NCBI GenBank assembly: GCA_017502135.1
Contig: JAFVVP010000001.1
Span: 220,255 to 284,254 of the forward strand
Source: Clostridia bacterium
Lineage (GTDB): Bacteria > Bacillota > Clostridia > Oscillospirales > CAG-272
Length of the DNA: 64,000 nt
Direction: 5' to 3'
The notes beneath the pieces were generated by a model. It was given only the letters and a program-made list of their open reading frames with translations. It had not been told where the DNA came from and ran no database searches. How positions within the stretch are numbered: position 1 is the first letter of the stretch; the number at the start of each line of letters is the position of its first letter. The position numbers and the translations under genes were made by a program. Positions 46,365-55,399 of the stretch are shown in pieces.

Positions 46365-47201
46365 TTTTGTTTTTTCTATATGTGCTAAAAAGAAGTCTTT
46401 ACCCGCGCGGATGATCATACGGTCGTTTACGATCGGGGATGCGTAGTCAAACTCGGTGCCGAAAACGTTGTTGCCGCCCCAGTCGAGCGTTACGTATTTT
46501 TTGATGATAGAATTGTAGGTTGTATTGATCTCGGACAGCGGCTTTTCTACCGCATCGTTTACGAAGAAAATATGCTCTTCCACGGTTCCGTCTTCAGCGA
46601 CGTAGTAGCCTTTGTATCCTTCCGCGCACTCTTTAATGTAAATGTAAATACATTCCGAAAGTTTTTCCGTATAGCGGTAGAGTGCGAACAGTTCGGGTTT
46701 TACGTCCTTATCTTCGGGCGTCAGTGCATCGTAATCGGTCATAAACGCATCGTTGAAGGCGAAGTATCGGCCGCCGTCGAGTGCGTATCCGTCGTAAAGA
46801 GAGGGAATCTCTTTGATCTGTGTCCAGTCTTCATCGCAGATGACCGTTTTGCCCTTGTCGTCGGTTATGATGAACTCATTTTCATCCGTTCCCATAATGA
46901 GTCGGAAGTACTCTGCACTGCTTGAGAGGGGAGATGCGGATCCGTCTTCGTTCAGAAGATAAAAGTGGTAGTAGTCCGCGTTATTTCCCTTTACCACAAA
47001 GCGGCCGAGAACGATCGCGTTATTCCCGAGAAGATACGGCGTGTCCGAAGGATTCGGCTCGAGTCCTGATTCTTTGAAGTTGAGAACCTCGGTCTCCATA
47101 GTGTAACCGAAGTCGGTTTTGATTCCCGGATGCTCTTCGGTATGGCAGGCGGTAAGCGCCAGAGCGCAAAGAAAGAAGAGACAAAGGATTCTGTGTTTCA
47201 T
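46362..47201 (-). CDS. hypothetical lipoprotein
   Basis: The ATG at 47201 gives 'MKHRILCLFFLCALALTAC', a signal peptide with a lipobox. No family was recognised. Confidence 0.6.
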   Translation of the reverse strand: MKHRILCLFFLCALALTACHTEEHPGIKTDFGYTMETEVLNFKESGLEPNPSDTPYLLGNNAIVLGRFVVKGNNADYYHFYLLNEDGSASPLSSSAEYFRLIMGTDENEFIITDDKGKTVICDEDWTQIKEIPSLYDGYALDGGRYFAFNDAFMTDYDALTPEDKDVKPELFALYRYTEKLSECIYIYIKECAEGYKGYYVAEDGTVEEHIFFVNDAVEKPLSEINTTYNSIIKKYVTLDWGGNNVFGTEFDYASPIVNDRMIIRAGKDFFLAHIEKTK

Positions 47202-47230
47202 GCAGCACCTCGTACGTTTTGTTGAAAGGA

Positions 47231-48148
47231 TTATTCGATCGCGCCGATGTTGTACGGCGTCGTCTGGTAGACGAAATAGTTGAGCCAGTTGGAGAAGAGA
47301 AGACTGGCGTGTGAGCGCCACGTAACCCGCGGGGCTTTCGTATCGTCATCATCGGGGTAATAGTTTTTCGGCACTTCGATCGGGAGGCCCGCGTTTTTGT
47401 CGCGGAGGTATTCTTTCTCGAGGGTGCGCGCGTCGTACTCGGAGTGTCCCATGACGAAGACCTGCTTTGATTCATCCGATTTCACGGCGTACACGCCGGC
47501 CTCGTCGGAGGAGGCAATGATCTTCAGCCCCGGCACAGCCGCAATGTCCTCACGGCGAACGGTCGTGTGTCGGGAGTGAGGTGCCATAAACGTGTCGTCA
47601 AAGCCGCGCAGAAGCGTACATTCTCTGTAATCCACGTTGTGCTCGAATACGCCGAATACTTTTTTGTCCAGCGGGTATTTTTGTACACCGTAGTGGTAGT
47701 AGAGTCCTGCCTGTGCGCCCCAGCAGATGTGGAACGTGGAGTGGACGTTGTGACGGCTCCATTCCATGATTTCGCAAAGCTCGTCCCAGTAGTTGACTTC
47801 TTCAAAAGGCATAGTTTCCACGGGCGCACCGGTGATGATGAGTCCGTCGAATTTCTGATCCTTTACCTGATCGAAGGTTTTGTAGAAGGCCAGAAGATGC
47901 TCTTCTGACGTGTTTTTGGACTTGTGTGTGCTCGTGTGGATCAGTTCGAGTTCCACCTGCAAAGGGGAGTTGCTGAGCAGTCGGGAGATCTGTGTCTCCG
48001 TGTCGATCTTCGTCGGCATGAGATTAAGCAGAAGAATCCGGAGAGGACGGATATCCTGCGTGATCGCGCGGGTTTCCGTCATTACGAAAATATTTTCGTC
48101 CGTCAGCGTTTGTACGGCGGGCAATTCGTTTGGAATTTTGATGGGCAT
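47231..48148 (-). CDS. metA: homoserine O-acyltransferase (MetA family)
   Basis: '[11 protein letters not shown]...[12 protein letters not shown]' is the MetA N-terminus and the active-site region is '[10 protein letters not shown]'. The ATG at 48148 has a 'ggagg' RBS. Confidence 0.9.
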   Translation of the reverse strand: MPIKIPNELPAVQTLTDENIFVMTETRAITQDIRPLRILLLNLMPTKIDTETQISRLLSNSPLQVELELIHTSTHKSKNTSEEHLLAFYKTFDQVKDQKFDGLIITGAPVETMPFEEVNYWDELCEIMEWSRHNVHSTFHICWGAQAGLYYHYGVQKYPLDKKVFGVFEHNVDYRECTLLRGFDDTFMAPHSRHTTVRREDIAAVPGLKIIASSDEAGVYAVKSDESKQVFVMGHSEYDARTLEKEYLRDKNAGLPIEVPKNYYPDDDDTKAPRVTWRSHASLLFSNWLNYFVYQTTPYNIGAIE

Positions 48149-48179
48149 GAGAGCCTCCGTGTTGTGTGGTGATGGGGGA

Positions 48180-49463
48180 TCAGACGTGGGAGAGAGCTTG
48201 TTCAATATCAGCGATCAGATCCTCTTTCGATTCGATACCGCAGGAGAAGCGGACGAGATCGGACGGAACGCCGGCGGCGAGAAGCTCTTCGTCGTTCATC
48301 TGGCGGTGGGTTGCGCTCGCGGGATGCAGACAGCAGGTGCGTGCATCGGCGACGTGCGTTTCAATGGCGGCAACGCGGAGATGCTTCATAAACGTCTCGG
48401 CTGCCGTTCGCCCGCCTTTCACGCCAAAACTGACGACGCCGCAGGAGCCGTTTGGCAGATATTTTTGTGCAAGCTCGTAGTACTTCGAGGAGGGAAGGGA
48501 CGGGTAGTTTACCCATGCGATCTTGGCGTTGCTTTCAAGATACTGTGCGACGGCAAGACCGTTCTCGCAGTGGCGCGCCATACGCACGTGCAGGCTTTCA
48601 AGGCCAAGGTTCAGATAGAACGCGCTCTGCGGGGACTGTACCGCGCCGAAATCGCGCATCAGCTGTGCGGTTGCTTTCGTGATAAACGCGCCCTCAAGGC
48701 CGAAGCGCTCGGCATAGGTTACGCCGTGGTAACTGTCGTCGGGCGTGGTCAGTCCGGGGAATTTGTCCGCATGAGCAAACCAATCGAACTTACCGGAGTC
48801 CACGATGCATCCGCCGACGGCGGCACCGTGTCCGTCCATGTATTTCGTCGTGGAGTGGGTAACGATATCCGCACCCCACTCGAACGGACGGCAGTTGACG
48901 GGCGTTGCAAACGTGTTGTCAATAATGAGCGGTACGCCGTGTGCGTGTGCTGCCTTGGCGAATTTTTCAATATCCAGTACGGTGAGCGCGGGGTTGGCGA
49001 TCGTCTCGCCGAATACCGCTTTCGTGTTCGGGCGGAAAGCCGCGTTCAGTTCATCCTCCGTGCAGTCGGGGGAGACGAACGTAAACTCGATGCCCATACG
49101 CTTCATAGTAACGGCGAAGAGGTTGTACGTGCCGCCGTAAATGGAGGAAGACGATACCACGTGATCGCCGCACGATGCGAGATTGAAAATACTGAAGAAG
49201 GAAGCCGCCTGGCCGGAACTGAGCAGCATAGCCGCCGTGCCGCCCTCGAGAGCCGCGATCTTTGCGGCAACGGTATCGCACGTCGGGTTTTGCAGGCGGG
49301 AGTAGAAATAGCCGCTGGCTTCTAGATCAAACAGCTTTCCCATATCTTCGCTGGTTTCGTATTTGAAGGTGGTACTCTGGATGATCGGGATCTGACGGGG
49401 TTCACCGTTGCCCGGCGTGTAGCCGCCCTGTACGCATTTCGTTTCAATTCTAAAATCGCTCAT
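48180..49463 (-). CDS. metY: O-acetylhomoserine aminocarboxypropyltransferase (sulfhydrylase)
   Basis: Cys/Met-metabolism PLP family with '[11 protein letters not shown]' (PLP-Lys). 427 aa. Confidence 0.9.
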   Translation of the reverse strand: MSDFRIETKCVQGGYTPGNGEPRQIPIIQSTTFKYETSEDMGKLFDLEASGYFYSRLQNPTCDTVAAKIAALEGGTAAMLLSSGQAASFFSIFNLASCGDHVVSSSSIYGGTYNLFAVTMKRMGIEFTFVSPDCTEDELNAAFRPNTKAVFGETIANPALTVLDIEKFAKAAHAHGVPLIIDNTFATPVNCRPFEWGADIVTHSTTKYMDGHGAAVGGCIVDSGKFDWFAHADKFPGLTTPDDSYHGVTYAERFGLEGAFITKATAQLMRDFGAVQSPQSAFYLNLGLESLHVRMARHCENGLAVAQYLESNAKIAWVNYPSLPSSKYYELAQKYLPNGSCGVVSFGVKGGRTAAETFMKHLRVAAIETHVADARTCCLHPASATHRQMNDEELLAAGVPSDLVRFSCGIESKEDLIADIEQALSHV

Positions 49464-49497
49464 AGTATATCTCCTTTGTTTGGCTCTTTTCGGTGAT

Positions 49498-50700
49498 TTA
49501 TGATTCTACACCGGCGTAACCGGTTTTTTCAATGATTTCCTGCCCCTCGGGGGAGAGGATCCAATCGAGAAGGATCTGCACGTTCGGGTTCGTTTCACCC
49601 TCGTACGTTACGGCGTAAAGCGGCCCCGTGATCGGATACGCACCGCTTTTGATGTTTTCGAGAGTGGGGGCCACGCCATCTATGCTCAAAAGCTTGATGT
49701 CCGGATTTTTAATAATGCCTTCCATGTAGTAGCGGTAGGAAAAGCCGATCGCGGCGGTGGTGCTCCTGTATTTCGATACCCGCTCCACGATGCCGGACAT
49801 AAGATCGTTCACAAGCTCGGTCGGCGGATCCATAAGCGGTGTGTCGGCCATAAAGCGAACGAGCATGCTCTGACTGCCGCTGCCCTCGTTTCGCTGGAAT
49901 GCGGCGATCCTTTCGTTTTTGCCGCCAAGCTCTTTCCAGTTTGTGATCTCGCCGGAGTAGATCTTGCGGATCTGCTCCGTTGTCAGATTGTCAATCGGAT
50001 TGTCCTTATGTACAAAGAACACGAATGCATCCGCGCCGATAGGCGTGAATACGAAGGTGGTGTTATTTTCTTTCGCGTAGGCGATCTGTTCTTCGGAGGG
50101 ATAGGCACCGAAGAAGATGTCCGTTACCTTTCGTGCAAGCCGCTGGTACCCCTGCGGCGTGTTGTTGTACTGGAAAACGCCCTCCGAATCAAGTTTTTGC
50201 GGGGCGGGATACACGGTGTTCACGAACGCGGAATAGACGGGGAATACCGCCGCCGCGCCGTCGAGGACGGGGAGAACGTCCGCTTCGGTAAAGCGGAGAG
50301 ACGCTTCGTTTTCAAGCGTTACGATTTTCGAGTTCTCGTCAAAGGGAAGATACTCATATACATTGATATTGGGCGAGGTATCGACGGTGATGGATTCATT
50401 GTAGGCGTTCACACCGAGATTGATACCGAGCGCCAAGACGAAAACGGCGCCAAAAATGCTCCATCCCAGAAGAACGCGCATACGGCGCTTCACCCAAATG
50501 AGCGGGAGTGCCAGAGCGGGGAAGAGGAGCATGGACCCGTAGGCGATGACCGGATGTACGCCCTCTGCGCTCATAAAGATAAACGAAAGAAAGCCGAGAA
50601 AGAAGCCGCCATATAAAACGGCTGCAGTCAAAACGATCTTGCCGATAACGACGATCGGACCGCCTTTCAGAAACTTCGGAATCTTTTCAAACTTTGCCAT
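49498..50700 (-). CDS. membrane-anchored PstS-like (type-2 periplasmic-binding-fold) substrate-binding protein
   Basis: The ATG at 50700 has a 'gaaggagg' RBS. Three to four N-terminal TM helices are followed by a PBP domain with the PstS-family-like 'FQRNEGSGSQSM' and 'IGFSYRYY'. Confidence 0.65.
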   Translation of the reverse strand: MAKFEKIPKFLKGGPIVVIGKIVLTAAVLYGGFFLGFLSFIFMSAEGVHPVIAYGSMLLFPALALPLIWVKRRMRVLLGWSIFGAVFVLALGINLGVNAYNESITVDTSPNINVYEYLPFDENSKIVTLENEASLRFTEADVLPVLDGAAAVFPVYSAFVNTVYPAPQKLDSEGVFQYNNTPQGYQRLARKVTDIFFGAYPSEEQIAYAKENNTTFVFTPIGADAFVFFVHKDNPIDNLTTEQIRKIYSGEITNWKELGGKNERIAAFQRNEGSGSQSMLVRFMADTPLMDPPTELVNDLMSGIVERVSKYRSTTAAIGFSYRYYMEGIIKNPDIKLLSIDGVAPTLENIKSGAYPITGPLYAVTYEGETNPNVQILLDWILSPEGQEIIEKTGYAGVES

Positions 50701-50722
50701 CTGAAACCTCCTTCTATGAAAA

Positions 50723-50995
50723 CAAAAAACGCCCCAAAGAAAACCGATTTCTTTGAGACGAGCAGCAAAATGCACCCGCGGTACCACTCAAATTGCATCG
50801 TAAGATGCCCCTTCGGACTCCGACAAGCCCTATGCCTTTACGCGGCAGATACGGGAAACGCCTACCTCGTGTATATCCGGGATATGCACGCATCGGATTT
50901 CCGGCTCGGAAGCCATAGATACAGTATCCGTTCTCGCCGGCTCACACCAACCGCCGGTTCTCTTTGGGGACGCGGATACGATCCTCTTCGTCATA
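50723..50995 (-). promoter_or_regulatory. T-box riboswitch leader, probable Met (AUG) specifier
   Basis: Read on the minus strand. Stem I has 'GACGAAGAGG' (K-turn/base), 'CAAAGAGAACCGGCGGTTGGTGTGAGCCGG' (AG bulge plus distal loop), and a specifier loop ending 'AUG-G-CUUC' (ATG at 50916..50914). The T-box core 'AATTTGAGTGGTACCGCG' is at 50794..50777. A 13-bp terminator stem CGTCTCAAAGAAA/TTTCTTTGGGGCG plus TTTTTT is at 50760..50723. Confidence 0.85.
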
Positions 50996-51036
50996 GCCTT
51001 TATAGGTTTTATTCATGTTACAAAACAACTGCTCTT

Positions 51037-51065
51037 ATTATACAGTAGGAACTTCTTTGTGTCAA
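51037..51065 (-). promoter_or_regulatory. consensus sigma-A promoter driving the T-box leader
   Basis: Minus strand reads TTGACA (51065..51060), a 17-nt spacer, then TGTATAAT (-10 at 51042..51037). Confidence 0.8.
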
Positions 51066-51284
51066 GAGTGAGACGGAATTTTTTTGCTTTCAAGGCGAAG
51101 TTATCACTCGCTTTGAAACTCTTTCAAGTTTGTACATAAAAACTTAACCGAAAGTTAAAGAATCTGTGTTATAATCTGTGTTGATATGCTGGAATCTTGC
51201 CGGCTGCAACCCACGTAATACCGTTTTTTTCTCTGATTTTGCTTACAAATATTGCCGAAGGGCAACGAGGAGATATTTTAAGTT

Positions 51285-53006
51285 ATGTACAATCTAAAAA
51301 ATAAGCACAAAAACTATCCCCTTTACGAGACGAGACATTTCAGTGATATCCGTGAAATGGTGGAAAATTCCGCTGATTTGTACGGGGACAATACAGCTGT
51401 GTCCTACCGTATTACCCCGAAGGACGAAGAGTCCGTGCGTGTTTCGTACATCGAAGCGCGTGACCGTATCCGTGCTCTCGGCACGGGTATGATCGAGGCG
51501 GGCTGCCGCGATGCGCACGTCGCGCTCATCGGTGAGGCGTCGTACAACTGGCTTTGCACGTATTACGGCCTTATGGCTGTGGGCGCCGTAACCGTTCCGA
51601 TTGATAAGGAACTGCCGGCGGACGATATTCTCGGCATCATGGACAAAGCGGAATGTACGCATATCTTCTACAGCAGCGTAGCGGAAGAAAAAATTGCAGA
51701 GATCCGCGACCGTCTCCGGTTCACAAAGAACTTTATCTGCTTTGATGAGCCGAAGATGGAGGGCGCGAGTATTCTTTCCGATATGATCGCTCGCGGTGAA
51801 GAACTGTATAACGGCGGCGACAACGGTTACTACGATTATAAACTCGATCCCGACCGTATGGCGACGATCGTGTTCACTTCGGGTACGACCGGCAAGGGCA
51901 AGGGCGTTATGCTTTCCCAGCGCAATATCTGCTCGGATATGCAGCAGGGTATGTATAATTTCCACGTGGAAGGCAAGACGATGTTCGTTCTGCCGCCGCA
52001 TCATACGTTTGGCTCCACGGTCAATTTCGTCGGACACTACGCGCTCGGCGTAGAGGTGTACATCTCCAGCGGCACGCGCTATCTTCTGAACGAGCTGAAA
52101 GCGGAGAAGCCCAATCACCTCGTGCTTGTTCCTCTGTTTGTGGAGACGCTTTATAAGCGCATCTGGCAGACGGCAGAGAAGAGCGGCAAGGCAGATCTTC
52201 TCAGAAAAGCGCTGAAAATTTCCGACGGACTGCGCAAGGTCGGCATTGATATGCGTAAAAAACTGTTCGGTGACGTGCTCTCGGCATTCGGCGGCAATCT
52301 TGAAATGATCATCTGCGGCGGTGCGGCACTGAATCAGGAACTCATCGACGTGTTTGAATCCATGGGCATCGTGATTCTGAACGGCTACGGTATCACGGAA
52401 TGTGCGCCGCTTATCTCCTGCAACAGAAACCAGTACAGAAAGAACGGCAGTGTTGGTATTCCGATCCACGGCGCCGAGGTGAAGATCGCAGACCCCGATG
52501 AAAACGGTGAGGGCGAGATCTGCTACAGAGGTCCCAACGTGATGCTCGGTTACTACAAGGAGCCGGAGGCGACTGCCGCCGTCATCGATGAGGACGGATT
52601 CTTCCATACCGGCGACTGGGGTAAACTCGATGAGGAGGGCTGGATCTACATCACCGGCCGTCTTAAGAACATCATCATTCTTGCCAACGGCAAAAACGTA
52701 TATCCCGAAGAGATCGAGTACGAGATCAGAAACGTGCCCGGTGTCAGCGAGGTCGTCGTGTACGCCGGTGAGAGCAAGAATGAAAAGAGAGAGATCATCG
52801 TGGCGGAGATCTTCCCCGATGCGGAGGAAATAGAGAAACGCGGTATTACCGACGTGAAGGCGTATTTCTCCGGCGAGATCAAAAAGATCAACGACCGTAT
52901 GCCGCCGTACAAAACGGTAGGACATATCAAGATCCGCAAAGAGGAGTTTGTGAAGAACACCTCGAGAAAGATCACTCGATTCAATATCGACAAGTCCATC
53001 GACTGA
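51285..53006 (+). CDS. AMP-forming long-chain acyl-CoA ligase
   Basis: Has the AMP-binding motif 'IVFTSGTTGKGKGVML' and 'TGDWGKLDEEGWIYITGRLKN'. 573 aa. Confidence 0.85.
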   Translation: MYNLKNKHKNYPLYETRHFSDIREMVENSADLYGDNTAVSYRITPKDEESVRVSYIEARDRIRALGTGMIEAGCRDAHVALIGEASYNWLCTYYGLMAVGAVTVPIDKELPADDILGIMDKAECTHIFYSSVAEEKIAEIRDRLRFTKNFICFDEPKMEGASILSDMIARGEELYNGGDNGYYDYKLDPDRMATIVFTSGTTGKGKGVMLSQRNICSDMQQGMYNFHVEGKTMFVLPPHHTFGSTVNFVGHYALGVEVYISSGTRYLLNELKAEKPNHLVLVPLFVETLYKRIWQTAEKSGKADLLRKALKISDGLRKVGIDMRKKLFGDVLSAFGGNLEMIICGGAALNQELIDVFESMGIVILNGYGITECAPLISCNRNQYRKNGSVGIPIHGAEVKIADPDENGEGEICYRGPNVMLGYYKEPEATAAVIDEDGFFHTGDWGKLDEEGWIYITGRLKNIIILANGKNVYPEEIEYEIRNVPGVSEVVVYAGESKNEKREIIVAEIFPDAEEIEKRGITDVKAYFSGEIKKINDRMPPYKTVGHIKIRKEEFVKNTSRKITRFNIDKSID

Positions 53007-53013
53007 TAAAAAA

Positions 53014-53044
53014 CGGGGCGTCTGCTTTTTGCAGACGCCCTTTT
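53014..53044. terminator. bidirectional terminator
   Basis: GGGGCGTCTGC-ttttt-GCAGACGCCC followed by TTTT, between convergent genes. Confidence 0.8.
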
Positions 53045-53047
53045 CCG

Positions 53048-55384
53048 TTACAGACGAATGAGATTTGCACCGCCCGCCTCGGCGGCAATTTCCGCTTCGA
53101 TTTTGTGGCAGGTGAGAAGAATGCTCTGGTGGGACGCGCCGTCTTTCGCGGAAAGAAGCGCCAGAACTCTTCTAAGGCGCGCCTCGTCCAGCCGTGAGAA
53201 ACTTTCATCGTAGATGAGAGGCGGATACGTGCCGCCGAACAGTACGCCGGTGAGAGCACGGCGGAGACTGATGTAGGAAAGATCCTTCGTTCCCTCGGAC
53301 AGGTATTCTACCTCTCTCGTCTGACCGCCCCGCGTAAAACTCATAGAGAGCGTTTCGTCCACGCCGATCGCTTCGAACGTGCCGCCGGCGATGCGGTTGA
53401 CGGACGCACACGCTTCACTTACGATTTTCGGCAGTACGCTTGCCCGCATGGAATCAGAGGCGGCTTTCAGCGTATCAATGGCGAGGCAGTACGCCTCGTG
53501 GCGCTTGGACAGTTCTTCAATCTCGGTGTCAAGCGCTGAGATCTTGTCCGCGATCTCGGCGGGAGAGACGGTAACCGCCCGCGCCGCCGCGATGCCCGTT
53601 TCAAGCCGGTGCATCCGATCGCCTGCCTCCAGAAAGGCTTCCTTCAGTTTTTCCAGTTCCTCCTTCGCCGCTTCAAGTCGCGGCGCGTCGATGCCGGAGG
53701 CGATCCTGCCCTCCACCGTGTTCATATTCCGATTGAACGCTTCGCGGATCGCGGCTTCGTCTTCCTTTTGCAGGTGCTCGCGGAGGAAGCAGAGCCGTCC
53801 GTAGTATGTGTCCGTTTCTCGGCGGAGTTCTTCCGTTTGTTCTGAAAGGCGCAGCCCGATCTCGCGGGCAACGACAATGGCGGCAAGAGCGCCGGTGATA
53901 AAGTCCTCGTCAACCTCGTCTTCGGCTTGCCGTCTGTCTGCGACCGATGCATCCGCGAGGGAGGCAAGCTTATATCCGTTCGCTGCTTCTTCGCGGCGTG
54001 CGGTTATCGCTTCCGAAAGCGCCGCTTCGAGTTGGCGCTTTTCCGCACGCAGCGTTTCCGGAGATGCGACCTCGCCGTGTTTCTTCAGAATAGCGGCGGG
54101 AATTGTCTCAGCGGAGAGCGCGCCCCACTCGGCGAGGTGCTCGGAAAGCTTCCGTTTCGCTTTCTGGCGCAGGGTGAGACAGACTACCCCCAGTGCCGCT
54201 AAAATGGCGGCGCCGACGACGGGCACGGTATAAAGATGCACCTTAAAGGAATACAAAAACCATGCGGCAACGCCCGCGATCACGGAAAGGAAGAACAGAC
54301 AGATCGCCGCGGTCGTCATGCTCCGCATCTGCATCCCGATCGCGGAGGCAACGGTGGATGCTTCCTCCGTTTCCCTCTCGATGGCGCACACCTTTTCCGA
54401 AGCAAGTTTCAGTTGTGCACCCGCTTCGGTTTTGGCGGCGGTCAGCTGTTTTATTTTTCTCGAGGTATCTTCGATGCGTTTTTCTGCCTCGTCAAGTTTT
54501 GCGAGATAGGATTGATCCATGCCGGTGGCGGTAAGCTCTGCAAGCTGTTGGCGCATTTCCGCCACCTTTTTCTCAAGAGAGGCAGCCTTGTCAAAGTTTC
54601 TCTTTATGAGATTCACAGCGCCGTATCGGCAGATGAGTTGTTGGCGGTGCATCTTTTCCTTGAGAAGCCCGTACTCTTTTTTTGCTTTCTCAAAATCCGT
54701 TTCCGATCCGATAAGAGAGCCTGTTTTCGTCTCCGCTTCGCGGAGTGCCGCGATCGCTTCGCTCCGTTCGAGACGGAGATCGCCGAGCAGGCCGCCGCCT
54801 CCGTTCTTATGCAGAATCTGCCTGCGGGCATCATCCAGCCGTTCGAGCGCTTTTTTTGTCCCGACCGTTTCGTCTGCCGTGAAGAGAAGGTTTTCGATCG
54901 CACTCAGTATGCCCGCACTGTTTATCCGCGTGCCGTCGATCTGACGGATGAATACGGTGTTCATAAAAATGTTTTCCGGTACGCCGAAGAGCGCCTCACC
55001 GGGCACTTCGCCTTTGTGAACGATAGCGCCCGTGGCGGTGTCGATGATGCGTACGCTCTCTCGGAGCGTTTCGCGGCTTCTCGCGCCGTCGTCGGTGAGG
55101 GAGACGGACAAGGTCCTCTCAATGCGGTATTCTTTCCCATCCACAAAGAGGAGCATATAGCCGGATGCCGTGCCCGTGTGCCAGTTCACGTAGCGGCGCC
55201 GTTCTGTCAGTTCACCGCCCGTCGATTTGCCCGACAGGCCGTAGAGCATAAATTTAATGAACATGGCGGTGGCGCTTTTGCCCGATTCGTTCGCGCCCTC
55301 AATGATGTTGAGCCCCTCGGTGAGATCAATCTCACGGTTCTGAAGCGTACCGAAGGCGTCGATTTTCAGTTTTTTAATATACAT
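53048..55384 (-). CDS. SbcC/Rad50-like ATPase with central membrane hairpin (B. subtilis YhaN-like)
   Basis: Has N-terminal Walker A 'GANESGKS' and C-terminal Walker B 'PLIYDESFSRLD'. Long coiled-coil segments are interrupted by two hydrophobic helices ('AAICLFFLSVIAGVAAWFLY','VPVVGAAILAALGVVCLTL'). Confidence 0.75.
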   Translation of the reverse strand: MYIKKLKIDAFGTLQNREIDLTEGLNIIEGANESGKSATAMFIKFMLYGLSGKSTGGELTERRRYVNWHTGTASGYMLLFVDGKEYRIERTLSVSLTDDGARSRETLRESVRIIDTATGAIVHKGEVPGEALFGVPENIFMNTVFIRQIDGTRINSAGILSAIENLLFTADETVGTKKALERLDDARRQILHKNGGGGLLGDLRLERSEAIAALREAETKTGSLIGSETDFEKAKKEYGLLKEKMHRQQLICRYGAVNLIKRNFDKAASLEKKVAEMRQQLAELTATGMDQSYLAKLDEAEKRIEDTSRKIKQLTAAKTEAGAQLKLASEKVCAIERETEEASTVASAIGMQMRSMTTAAICLFFLSVIAGVAAWFLYSFKVHLYTVPVVGAAILAALGVVCLTLRQKAKRKLSEHLAEWGALSAETIPAAILKKHGEVASPETLRAEKRQLEAALSEAITARREEAANGYKLASLADASVADRRQAEDEVDEDFITGALAAIVVAREIGLRLSEQTEELRRETDTYYGRLCFLREHLQKEDEAAIREAFNRNMNTVEGRIASGIDAPRLEAAKEELEKLKEAFLEAGDRMHRLETGIAAARAVTVSPAEIADKISALDTEIEELSKRHEAYCLAIDTLKAASDSMRASVLPKIVSEACASVNRIAGGTFEAIGVDETLSMSFTRGGQTREVEYLSEGTKDLSYISLRRALTGVLFGGTYPPLIYDESFSRLDEARLRRVLALLSAKDGASHQSILLTCHKIEAEIAAEAGGANLIRL

Positions 55385-55399
55385 TTTTGGACACCTCCG

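Noticed and set aside
47910-49325. 471-aa plus-strand ORF
   Set aside because: Antisense shadow of metA and metY.
49464-49497. Looked for an S-box (SAM-I) riboswitch upstream of metY
   Set aside because: Only 34 nt separate metY from the upstream gene, and no S-box motifs are present. Regulation is provided by the T-box leader further upstream.
51294-52925. 543-aa minus-strand ORF
   Set aside because: Antisense shadow of the acyl-CoA ligase, which has clear AMP-binding motifs on the plus strand.
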